DNA of 64,000 nucleotides from Cenococcum geophilum (Eukaryota): NCBI GenBank assembly GCA_050273025.1, contig CP158636.1, positions 2,294,001 to 2,358,000 of the forward strand, read 5' to 3'. Shown piece by piece: positions 39,506 to 50,792 of this stretch (position 1 is its first letter; each line of letters starts with the position of its first letter). The notes under the pieces were generated by a model. It saw only the letters and a program-made list of their open reading frames with translations, ran no database searches and was not told where the DNA came from. The position numbers and the translations under genes were made by a program.

Positions 39506-42408
39506 TTTAAGATATAAGGTTGCTAAAGTAGCCCTGGGCTAGCGTAAAGAAGTGTACATAAGCAGATCAGCGGATCCAGCTGAAATGACCCTAGGCCAGC
39601 CCCGGGCTAGCCCCTAGCTAGCCCTAACCACTCTTCCGTTTTCCTGACGTAGTAACGGCTTACTATTAGCTCTTACCATATTATAAAGCGTAGTAGAGAG
39701 AATAGTAATAAAATGCGATTTGCCGGTTTCTACCTCTCTATTAACGTTAATCTGCAGTAAGGGGGGGCTAAGGCCCACTTAGATCTGCCTATAGTAATTA
39801 ACTATAATATTATAAATATAACGCTAACCTGGCTATAAGGAGGACGGAGTTACTATTTAGGATAGGCAGCTCTACGGTAGAGGCTATAGCCGTACTTCCT
39901 GCCAATAAGTCCTCTTATTAAGCTCTAGGTACGTACCCTAATATATACTCTAGTTATAGTTATAATTAAGCTCCCTATTACCAAGCCTATTAGGATCCTT
40001 AAGTTTAACTCTATTAGTATTTTAAACGTAGGTATATAGGGCCTTAAAGGACTAATATAGCTCTAAGTCGTCTGCGAAATCGCCCTTAAACTTATTAATA
40101 TTATTAGTAGTTTTATAACCTTCCTCTAGTTTCTAATTGCAGAAGTAGTTAGGTGGGTGCTAATAAGAGTTAACGTAAGCCTAATAGGAAGCTATATAAT
40201 TAGGGGCCCCAAATCTATTAGTATAAGTAGCTACTTCCTTTACGGGTAATAAAAAATAAGCTTTATACGGTAGAACTTAGGATACTATAAATAGGAATAA
40301 TCGCCGTTATATCGCGGAAAGTACGATATAACTTAAAGCTTTGCTCTTAGCCGACGCTTATAAGTAGAGTAATTAAAATAGAGTAGAAAATTAAGGAAAG
40401 TAATATCCTCTACCCTATCTAGGCGGCGCTTATATTTATTATAGTTAGACAATCCGCACCCTCTTAGTTGCCCATTATTAAGCTTATATATAGCGCTTTA
40501 ATTATCCTCCTAATAGTAGTCTAAAGTTACTATATTCCTAAAGCCTTTATAAAGGGGAATATTAAAAAGCAGATGGTATACCTCCTACGCTAACTAATTA
40601 CGTTTAGTAATAAGCTTATTTATAAACCTAACCACGACTAAACTAAAGGTATAAAGGCTATTGGCATACGGCTATACTAATTGGAGTAACTCCTAGTAGG
40701 AAGTTAACTTCTTCTCTTTCTTACTGCAATATTTGCCTATATAGTTAACTATTACTAATATACTTATAGCGGGTAACGTATTAATATTCGCTATCTACGC
40801 TAATATTATAGCTGTATTATAACTATTAAGAAGCTTATTATTACGCTATAGACAGAACGTCTAGTAATATAGATTTTAATCCTTTAATACAGTAGCCTTA
40901 TTATAAAGAGACCGTGGAAAATAAAAGCGGCACTTCTTTACTCTAGTAGAGCCTTTCTTTAATATTAAGTAGTAAGATTTAGTATAATTGCAGTGCCGTT
41001 AAAATCGATTAAGGTAGGTAGTAAGAAGCTTATTGGTATTAAGCTGTTCTTTATAGCTTAAAGTAGAAGGATATTAGAGATCGGAAGGCTTAGATTAATT
41101 AGGATTAATTACGGATATAAAAGTAGCCTAGTACTTAGTAAAAGCCGCCCTTAATTTAATAGCTGACGGATCTAGCCTTGGGGCTATTAAACTCTATAAA
41201 AAGCCATATATATAGCCGCTACCTTATACCTACCACTTATATTAGGACCAAAAGTCAGTGCCATTAAATAGGCCTATAAGTATATGCTTCCTAAACAGAT
41301 TAAAGCGGCGATGCAGCTAGTAAGCAGCAATATACGGATTGTTATTAAGATTTTAAGAAGCAATCCGGTAGCGCTAAGCCTTATTAATAGCCTTATATTC
41401 GTTAAATAGAGGTATATAAGAGTGTAGATTATACTAATATAGATTAGTAGCGCTAAGTATAAAGAATAGAGACCTGCTTTTAATATTCTTAGTATAAGCT
41501 ATAAGCTTATTTCTCTTCTACCTCTAGTAAGGTCTAGTGCCCTTAAGGCTCCATATATACTATATAATCTTATTTAGTAACTAGCCACCCCTATTACTAT
41601 TTATAATATTACTAAGCTTATTTAAAGATAGACTATTTTTATTTAATCGGCCGTAAAGGAAACGGGTGGCGTTAAGGGCTTGCTCTCTTATAATCTAATT
41701 AAATATATAATAGTAAAATAAGGGGTAGCGGCCAAACCAACCGTCCTAATACTTAAGTATATACTTAGCGTACGTAGCTAGGGTAACCGTATAGCTTCGC
41801 GGCATATTAAAATTGGCTTTGCTATAAGGAAATAGGGTAGGAAAGGCGCCGCGTATAATAAAACTAGCTAATCGCTTAGAGAGAGGTATCTATCGCATAG
41901 TAAGAACCTCTAGGCCCGCTTATAGGTCTTATTAGTATTAAACCTCGCAACCCAAAAGCTCTAATTCACTAAGGTTAGGCACTAGATTAGGAACCAAAGT
42001 ATCTAGTATATTATTATTAAATTCGCCGTCTAGTATATTACTGCTAAGCTTAGTAGGCAGAGGATTAATAGTAGGAGGACGTTGCATAGGAGCAGTAGGG
42101 TAAGCCGTTAGGCCACTAGAATTAGACTCTAACTTATTAATATAAGGTAGTTAATCTAATATAGAGCCATTTTTAGGTAAGCTAGTAAGCTAAATACTAT
42201 ATATTTTAACGTCGTAATAATTAAGATAATTAACCTTTAGAAAGTAAAGCCACTATACTATAGCAGAGCGCCTTATAGTATACCGCTTAGTAAACCACTA
42301 ACCTAGGTATTTGCCGCCCTCTACTACTATAGGCCTCATAACCAGTATATTAAGTTTAGTAGGTAGCCGCGGTAGCTGCCTCTAAGTCTTGAGTATATTC
42401 TAGCTAAA

Positions 42409-42668
42409 TGTAAGGCAGTATTGCCAGGGTGTATGGTAGGGAGCAAGCAAGCCGAGCATGAGTCACATAGGGAGTCGATGGAAGAGGACGATATGGTAAT
42501 GAGGGTAGGCAATAGCCTGAGTACAGAGACGAACCGATGGGGGAGGAAGGAGGCTGCAAGCCCGAGGTGCTTATAAGGAGGTGCCAAGGGCTAGCCGAAG
42601 GCTAGCCTTGGCGACCCCTAAGAGCCCCTAGGCGATGCAGCCGAGTAAGGGCCAAAATAACCCTTACA
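42409..42668. mobile_element. Solo LTR (260 bp) in Helitron A
   Basis: TGTAAGG...CCTTACA termini. TSD CTAAA. Absent from copy B (about 57055). Confidence 0.92.
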
Positions 42669-43786
42669 CTAAAGCAGTAAACATAGCCAGTATAGCGATA
42701 TTACTGGCCGCGTATATGTATAACTTATAGATAAACGTATACGCGCGTAATTAGAAGCTCCTCTACCGCAGTAAGTATAGGTAGGAAGCTAGGAACAGGC
42801 CCTGGATTAAGCCCGTTGCTTTCACCAAATAGGGAAAGAAGGGTTAAATATTTAAGGCTATTAGCGTCCTTAATACAGGCTTTATATATACCTATATTAT
42901 CACCCTCTGTAGCTAGGCCTATTTAGAACCACCGCTCCTTATAATAACTGCACGTCTCTATATATTTAGCCTATAGTATACTCCTAAACTTCTTAATTCA
43001 CTCCTAATTAACAGCCGAAATGGGTAGTAGTGTAGCTATAATTGGAGCAGGTATAAAAGCTAGTTCCAGTAAAAACGTATTTAGGCTATTTAAAGTACCT
43101 CTTCTACTATATAGAGCTTTATCTATAGTATATAGCGGAGGAGTAGGTAAGTAAGCTTTACCCTACTAATTAAGAATACGGTACTCCCGTTATATTATCC
43201 TAATTATCTTCCGCCGTTAAGCTATTTTAGGGGTATCTTAGCTATTCTACCCACGAGGTAGGAAGGCGTTCTTAGTATTATTTTTAAGTAGAGCACTTTA
43301 CTAGCGCCTTATAGGACGATTCTTAGTAGTAGAATCCAACTCTACAAGAGCTCTTCGCTTATTTAAATTATATTTAGAGGCCTAAAAAAGTAAGTAGAAG
43401 TAAAAGTAATATATAGGGAAGACGCGCCTTTAACTAATATAACTAGCACAGCTTTAAAATCTTCTTTAAAGGGCCGTCTTTAATAAAGTTAAGGCGGGGC
43501 TTATAGATATAGCACTTACTACACTTAATTGCAGTAGGATCTGCTATATTTATTATATATAGCGGTATTAATAGAGGTGTTAACAAAAAGGAAGGCGCAA
43601 TACTAGGATATTTTAATGTTTATAATATTTTGACGTTCGTTACATGAATTCTGCCACGACTTACCACGCGCAAGTTTTTTTCTAACCAATCAGAAGCCAG
43701 CTTGGCAAAGTTTGAAATCTTGAACCCGAAAATATAGACCACTCATACCTCGGGTCAATAACCTAACATTATCCCCACCAAGTCCT

Positions 43787-44250
43787 TTATTGCTGCCCAT
43801 CCTGCTTACAGAGGTGAAAACGTCCGGCGTTCGTGTTGTTAGTCTTCTTGTCGCCATTATAACAGATGGTGCCCTTATATGTCCTGTTCTGGTTAGTAAT
43901 TCCTCAGTATAGACCGGGGTCATCTTTGGGCTTAGAGCCAAAGTTATAGCCTATCCCCGACTACTAGACTGGATACTCGTAGTAACTAGTAGTAGAGCTA
44001 TTTTTACGCTTGCGAAAAAACCCACCAAAGTTTAGATACTTGTGCGGGTATCCAGATTTGCCTTTGTCCGTAGGTGCTGGTGCTTTAAAGAGCTGTTTAA
44101 GGACGCTATTCTGAGAAATCTTATTATTCGTTAAGGCCTAATTTTTGGAAATTAAGGTCTACAATATTAGACTAGGTCTTTTAACATGGTTGTAGCAAAA
44201 CTTACCGTATCGTTACTACTCTCTTTAGACGATTGGTTGCCTTTACCCAT
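43787..44250 (-). pseudogene. RNase T1 superfamily / ribotoxin-like ribonuclease pseudogene (about 138 codons, 2 exons, no signal peptide seen)
   Basis: Exon 1 is 44250-44206 (MGKGNQSSKESSNDT), then a 47-nt GTAAGT..CTAAT..TAG intron (44205-44159), then exon 2 at 44158-43787: ...KAPAPTDKGKSGYPHKYLN...YYEYPV**SGIGYNFGSKPKDDPGLY*GITNQNRTYKGTICYNG...GRFHLCKQDGQQ*. Matches the ribotoxin YPH, E(F/Y)P, KPKEDPGPAR and G.I.H motifs. All four internal stops are single C>T changes (3 TAG, 1 TGA). Confidence 0.85.
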
Positions 44251-44398
44251 ATTATTGTTTCCCCAAGTCTGCTATTTAAGTGGCAATGGATTGTAGTAAA
44301 AATCGATTAAATGTCCGAATCAAGAATGGCAGAGCAATTGTGTCGAACAGGACGATCAAGAATGAGAACTCTGTCGATCAAAGCTGGCTCTAGAAGCT

Positions 44399-44819
44399 CT
44401 ATATATACATAAGGTAGGTATAGGCAGCAAAGGAATGCAATAGGCAACAGAAACGGGGTGTTAAGTCATAGGGCAATAGGCAACTGGAATAAAGTAAGAA
44501 TAGCCGATCTGGGTCGACAAACTGCAAGAGCCTAGTCAACTACCTTAGATATAAAATGTTACCGCCGGAGTGTTCTCGACAGCTGGTAAAAAGCCAGATT
44601 AACAAGGCGAAAGGGAAGTGTAAGAGATTGACAGCTAAATAAAGGACGAACGCCGAGAACTCGTAGATATATGTCGACCAAGATCGGCCTTACGTTCTTT
44701 GTTTCAGCTGCCTATTACCTTATGACTCACTACCCTGTATCCTACCACCTTATGACTCACCACCATCGTATTGCTTACTATCTGTTTCTGTTGCCTGCAT
44801 CTACCTTATATATAAATAG
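44399..44819. mobile_element. Foldback / MITE-like element with long imperfect inverted arms
   Basis: Inner stem GCCGATCT(G/T)GGTCGACA (about 44503-44519 and 44672-44688). Arms share ATAAGGTAG, GGCAACAGAAAC, AGTCATA and ATAGGCA(A/G)CTG. No clear TSD. Confidence 0.6.
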
Positions 44820-45159
44820 TCTCCCCCCCTCATAGATCAATCTACACACGAGCCCTTTTTTGATCTGAAATTTCTGGTCGACAATATAATTGCATTGCAG
44901 AGCATTCATCTCGAAGCATCTGATAGACTGCCACGTAAAGAGCACTACCTGGCCAACGATTTCTTATTGCATCCGGTGCGTCCCCCGTCGAGGATTTGTG
45001 CAGGCGCAGAAGGCTGCTTTAGCTGCTGGCTGCCTAACTGACCCCTCCCGTCTTTTTCAGGCCGCCTTCTATTAGCCAACGTGTCAATCTTAAATTATCC
45101 GCCACCATTTTATTCCGTCGAAACTCTAAAATCTAGAAGCAGATATTAAGGAATTAATC

Positions 45160-46107
45160 ATGGTCTCACATTTTGACCTCGCGTTAAGAGATAACGACCC
45201 CTGGATTGTAGCTAAGAAGGCGTTCGATATTGTCGCTGCGTACCTTCAACCAGATAGCTCCGCTTCCGCGACAGAAACGGCTGCCAGCCTAGATGCCCTT
45301 ACACCGTTAAAAAGACAGCTGTCTGAGGGAGAAAAGGCCGAACAACCTGGCAGCTTTCTTCTCGAGTTCTGGGAAACTTATATAGTAATTGTACGACAAG
45401 TGCCCCACGACCATCCGTCTCAGGAACGGTTAGTCGAGTTGGTAAAAGAGTTAGATCGCCAACCTATGGCTTTAACAGAGGTACGCACGATACCAGACTG
45501 CTCACTTCTTATACATTATTTCCCCGGCTAACCCTTTTTTTTGCTTCGGCGGTAGCAGACCACGCAGTTAATTTGGGCGCATTTGCAACGACTCGATAAT
45601 GTTCTTATGGACAATTGGGAAGGTACGTTCGCCTTGTCTTTTCGGTGATCTAGAAACCCTATTTAACGTAACACAGCACCTTCAGAACTGGAGGATTCCT
45701 TTGAACCATTTAAAGAGTGGGTAAACCTTAACTCATTCGTCTCCCGTCTCTACGGAGCCGGTCTTATAAAATGGTACTACTTCGCTATCTGGACGATACA
45801 AGGCTCTTTAGAAAACTCGGAAGTTCCTTTAATCGATCTCCTAGAAAGTCGCGTTGCTGCAGCAGCGCAATGGTTTAAAAACAGTGGCCCCACGCTCTTT
45901 AAAACCTTACGGGAAACCGAACCAAGTGAGGCTGACCGCGAGACACTAAAGAGCCCATTTTTTAATGAGGAGAAGGTGCTTTCCTTGGATCGATGGGTGT
46001 TCTGGAAGAGCAAGTTTCGGGAGTTAGCCGAGCTTGAAATTTCTCAGGCGGTAAGAACAGAAGCCACTCGAGCTGCTCAGATCATGGACCAAGTAGAGAG
46101 TGGATAG
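45160..46107 (+). CDS. DUF3632-like protein, about 272 aa, 3 exons (45160-45480, 45556-45622, 45677-46107)
   Basis: GT-AG introns with branch sites (first acceptor may be 3 nt later). Spliced frame is open. Motifs QVPHDHPSQERLVELVKEL, LIWAHL, WVNLNSFVSRL, AIWTIQGSLE, AAAQWF and SLDRWVFWKSKF are typical of fungal DUF3632. Confidence 0.88.
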
Positions 46108-46357
46108 AGAGAGGGGAGATTTATCCGTGTAATCGGAAATCCTTATGCGGGCGTTATCTCATCAATCAGACCCCCGGGGAGAAATCCTGCCACGGCGTGA
46201 CGCCAAAGATCTAGTGCACACTTGTGGACTCTTAAGCCAATCAAATCACTACAGTCGCTTCGGAAAAGGACGATCAAATGTCAGAAACCATAATCAAAAA
46301 TAGAAATTTGCCGAATCCTCACCTGTGTGAACCCTTTTTCTGTACTCGCGCATACCA

Positions 46358-46875
46358 TAGCTTTGTTCACGACCAGCTTCCACCCCCCCCTCTGGCAAAA
46401 ATTTATTTCGCTACTCGCTAAATCGCCACCAACTGTATATAACAATTATAGCGAACGCATGTGCCTGCACGCAAGGGCCTTTTTGGTTGCCCTGGAGAAT
46501 CGCCTTGGTTGGCCGGGAGAATCACTTTGGTTGGCCAGGAGAATTAAATTGACGTACACTCCCCCTTATTGTGGTCGCCAAAACGCGAATACAACACTGT
46601 CTCTGCAATTGCTGATGAAATTTGGCAATATCGTACGGGTGGAAACCTCACGATATTTCACAAAGATCACGACTCTACGGAGGAGGACCGATCGCGAAGT
46701 CCGCCAGAAGCAAAGTTCTTGCGGCCAAGCATACGGCTTCGCTACAATTGCTATGTACAAGGGGGTAACATCAATGCCTTAGACGCCTCCTTGTACAGTT
46801 GGTGGCGATTTAGCGAGTAGCGAAATAAATTTTTGCCAGAGGGAGGGGGGTGGAAGCCGGTCGTGAACAGAGCTG
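46358..46875 (+). mobile_element. Internally deleted Tc1/mariner element or MITE (518 bp)
   Basis: About 80-bp near-perfect TIRs (CAGCTCTGTTCACGACC...CGCCACCAACTGTA). TA on the right and CA on the left. Interior resembles fused transposase start and end fragments. Confidence 0.85.
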
Positions 46876-46879
46876 TACT

Positions 46880-48710
46880 ACCTATCCTCCATGCTAATAT
46901 ATCGCTATCGTCTATTTTTTAAACCTATTTAAAGCCTATATTATTTCCTATTTTAGTTAGTGCTATAATATATAGGAGGAGAGCTAAAGCACCTAAAAAT
47001 ACTATAAAGAACACTTCTAAAGCGTCTAAAGAGATAAACCTTACTATTAAACCTATACTACTTTCTACTATTATAAAACAGCCTAAAGATCCTTAAACCT
47101 TTATTCTAAATATAATTATATACGCTAATACTATAAAGATATCTAGTAACATTCTAGCTATCCTATTTAAAGCCTTTAAATACTAAAGTTTATTGTCTAA
47201 AATATATATTAAGCTAATAAATATTACGGTCTTTATTCTTTTAGCTCAATTATTTAACTACTATTATTATATTATTAATAATTATTTATTGCTTAACGTC
47301 CGATTTAGATCCCTATTAGGCTTAAACGGACTACTCCTTATGTATTGAGAGAAAACTCTATTTAAGAAAACCCTATAATCTATCTCCCTACCTTTTAGGA
47401 CTCGCCTATTTAGCGCCTACAAGTCACCTATAGTGCTCTACTACCTTACTTTTTAACCTCTTTAGGAACTACTACTGCTATAGCAAGCCTACGGACACGC
47501 TAGTATTACGAACTTTACTTTACTACTATAGAGTTATTAGGGGCGCCTATTACTTGCCCCTTTACCTTCTATTACTATTTCCTTTATAACCTAAAACTAG
47601 TCTAGTATATTTTAGCTAATAAGCTACTAGGTAACCGCCTTAGGACCTTTTTATATTAAGAGTAGTATATTATAGTTCTCTATGCTAGCTACTAAAAGTA
47701 TTACTTCTTAGTTAGTGTATAAGGGGTATAATAATATTATATATTTTAGTATCTATCTTAGCTAGCTATATTTATACCTTAGGCTCTCTATTAAAATACC
47801 TACCTAATAGAGCTAATCTTTTAGTCCTATTATTCCTATCCTTAAAAGTATTACTATTATATTTTCTATCTTTATTAGGCCTTCTTAGAGCCCTTAGGTA
47901 TTTACCCCTTATAGTATTAACTATACTATAGCTTAGGTTCCTTTTACTTAAGTTAAACTCTATACCTTTAACGCCTATATACCTCTCTAGCGTTAGTCTA
48001 ACTAGTGTTATATTATAGTAGGTAGTTTCTTAGTATTCTTTTATACTCTGCTTTAGCTCCTTTCTCTTTCTTACTATTATCTTTACTAGCCTCTTACGCA
48101 TCTCCCTTCCTCCTCTATATAGGCCTAGGCCCTAATATAGCGCTACTCTTCTTCTACTTTCTCTACTTATTTCTCTAGTATATCTTCCCTACTTTAGGGT
48201 TATTAGTTTATCCTCCTATAGGGCACCCTAGCGTCTCTTTATAGTTTATTTAGGCGTATCTTAATATACTTTATAATATTAGAGTTATATTCCTTTTACG
48301 CCCTTTATATTATAGTAGCTCTAATATATAGTTATAGGGAGGGGATATTAGCTTCCTTCTTAAGCAGTACTATAGCTATTCGCTTATACCTGCTTATTAT
48401 ACTTTAGAGGTAGGCTATTTAGACCTTTTAGAGTAGTTTAAGGAGTAGTTTAAGGGGGCCTTTTTTAGTTTCTCTAATAGCCTAGATACTAAAACCGTAT
48501 ATTATAGTTAGCTAGATAGCTACTATATATAGTAGGTATAACCTCTAGAAGTATAGACCCTATATAGAATTTACGATCCTAGATATTATAATATACTATA
48601 CTTAGCCCTTATAGGCCGCTTATAACATATATACACTCTATTAAAGCTTGCTATTTACCTATACTCCTAATACCCTTAGGCCTTAAACTAGTTAACCTCT
48701 AAAGCCTTAG
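46880..48710. other. Heavily RIPed unclassified repeat relic
   Basis: Extreme TpA enrichment, no ORF, no diagnostic motif. Confidence 0.45.
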
Positions 48711-49497
48711 ATAACATGCGGAACGTTAGTCCCCTAACGCTAATTTTAACCCGAGTTTATAACCTAAAGCTTTAACTTAGAGCTTTATTATATAGATTTT
48801 AATTAATATATATAGAGATGAGGTTTTCCAGGGGGAGACCCCCTGGGACCCCCCTATATAGAGCTTTTGCTTAATTTAGAAGTAGTATAAGATTAAGGCG
48901 CCTTGGTTACTACTAGGTAAGGATCTACTGCAGTGACCGAGGCACCTTACTTAAGCTGGGCTTAAAGATTATATTGGTCACAAATATAGCACATATTTAG
49001 ACTGCAGAGCTTTAATGCAGAGCCCTTTACGTAGAATATGATATAGTAGATTGTGATTCCAATTTAAAGCTTTATATACTAAATATTTTTAATGCCTAAT
49101 AACTATTAACCACGTCATTGCCCACCCAGTTCGGACGTACAACGACGCAATAGCTCAGCGACAACACAATAGCTCGGCGCCGAGTAATGGAAGGGAGGGG
49201 AGAGAGGGGAGGAGATTAGGGGTGGCTCGGCCACTGTAAGAAGGTCGTAATATTAGTATAGTGTTAAACTTTAAAAATCGTGTCCCAGGAGCTTAATCGA
49301 CGACCCCTATATAAAACGTTAATAACGTTTAATTATAGAGCTTTAAACTAGCAGATATTTTAGGAATGCCTATTATAAGTAGCTCCGAGTGCAAAATCTA
49401 GAATATTTAGTAGTGGTGTGAGTATGGGACGGGGGTGCATATTTGCGTTCCCAAATGTCGTTATATAACGCAATTTTTGGGTAACGAAAACTAGCCG

Positions 49498-50483
49498 TTA
49501 ATGTTGCTCGACTGACACCTACCGGAGACTTATCCGTCCTTCCTATCTTCTCTCTCGCCTATCTCCTTATTTAATGCTATCTATATCGCTATATTAACTA
49601 ATAGATCCCTTAGTAGGGACTAAGGAGGAGTATTGGAGCACCTCCAGCTTTTATAAGGAAGAAGAAAAGAAGAAAGAAAAGTATAAAGGGAGTATTTATA
49701 GACAGAAGGAGGCCTGCGAGCATAGGAGATTAGACAGCCATAATATAGCTATTAATGTTGCTTAACTAACATATACCGGAGGCTCCTTTGTCCTTCCTAT
49801 CTTCTCTCTCGCTCGTCTCCTTGTCCGATACTATCTATATCGCTACGTTAACTAATAGATCCCTTAGTAGGGACTAAGGAGGAGTATTAGAGCACCTCTA
49901 GCTTTTATAAGGAAGAAGAAAAGAAGAAAGGAAGGTATAAAGGGAGTATTTATAGACAGGAGGAGGCCTATAAGTACAGGAGATTAGACAGCCATAATAT
50001 AGCTATTAATGTTGCTCGACTGACACATACCGGAGGCTCCTTCGTCCTTCCTGTCTTCTCTCTTGCCCGTCTCCTCGTCCGATGCTATCTATATTGCTAT
50101 ATTAACCAATAAATCCCTTAATAGGGACTAAGGAGGAGTATTAGAGCACCTCTAGCTCTTATAAGGAAGAAGAAAAGAAGAGAGGAAGGTGTAGAGGAGG
50201 GAGTATTTATAGATGGGAGGAGGCCTGCGAACGGGAGATTAGGCAGCTATAATATAGACGTTAACGTTGCTCGGCTAATACCTACCGGAGGCTCCTTTGT
50301 CCTTCCTGTCTTTTTTCTTACCCATCTTCTTATTTGATGCTGTCTATATCGCCATATTAACTAATAGATCCCTTAGTAGGAACTAAGAAGGAGTATTAGA
50401 GAACCACTAGCTCTTATAAGGAAGAAGAAAAGAAGAAAGGAAGGTGTAGAGAAGGGAGTATTTATAAATGGGAGGAGGCCCTG
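49498..50483. repeat. Four tandem ~254-bp units in the 3' region of Helitron B
   Basis: Units start near 49498, 49752, 50006 and 50261. Same unit as 10853-12095. Confidence 0.9.
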
Positions 50484-50792
50484 CGAATACGTGATTTGGT
50501 AAGTACTAATAAGTATAAGATTCTCGTATAAGATGGGCTTAATTGCTTACCAAAATACGGGGTATCTCTATCACTGCAGTAGCTACTACAGTAGTAGAGA
50601 CGCCTTAAATATTTAATGTAACCGACTACTAAGGCTGTTAATAAGTAAAAGGTAGGCTACCGATGTAGTGCAAACGATGTAGTTGTTAATATTATTTATA
50701 GCCTGTTTTTGCTTCTAGTGTACGCGTAAATCGTCCTTATATTTAGCGTAGAGCTAGTTATAGGCAGTGAGCTAATTTGGGTCTAGCTTTGC

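Larger units (their letters stand above)
20408..39649. mobile_element. 19.2-kb Plavaka-type DNA transposon with cargo ORFs (RIP-dead)
   Basis: TA|CGTCAGGAAAACGG...CCGTTTTCCTGACG|TA: perfect 14-bp TIR extending imperfectly to about 21 bp. Empty site ACTAATAGCGAC in Helitron B (about 54290) shows TA duplication. Contains a Plavaka transposase relic. Confidence 0.88.
10451..43761 (-). mobile_element. Non-canonical Helitron copy A, expanded by four nested insertions
   Basis: Colinear with copy B (48715-58136) once 12892-18639, 19401-19582, 20408-39649 and 42409-42668 are removed. Shared termini. RepHel relic split between about 39652-43400 and 18880-20405. Confidence 0.9.

Noticed and set aside
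38888..39542. 200-aa and 193-aa overlapping ORFs resembling membrane or repeat proteins
   Set aside because: Products of a tandem array whose unit length is a multiple of 3 and which is open on both strands.
43690..43941. 83-aa minus-strand ORF
   Set aside because: Alternative frame over the RNase pseudogene running into the Helitron end.
45160..45531. 123-aa single-exon ORF
   Set aside because: It reads into intron 1. The spliced 3-exon model restores the DUF3632 motifs.
46327..46820. 151-aa and 83-aa ORFs
   Set aside because: They lie within the TIR-bounded MITE and have no complete transposase domain.
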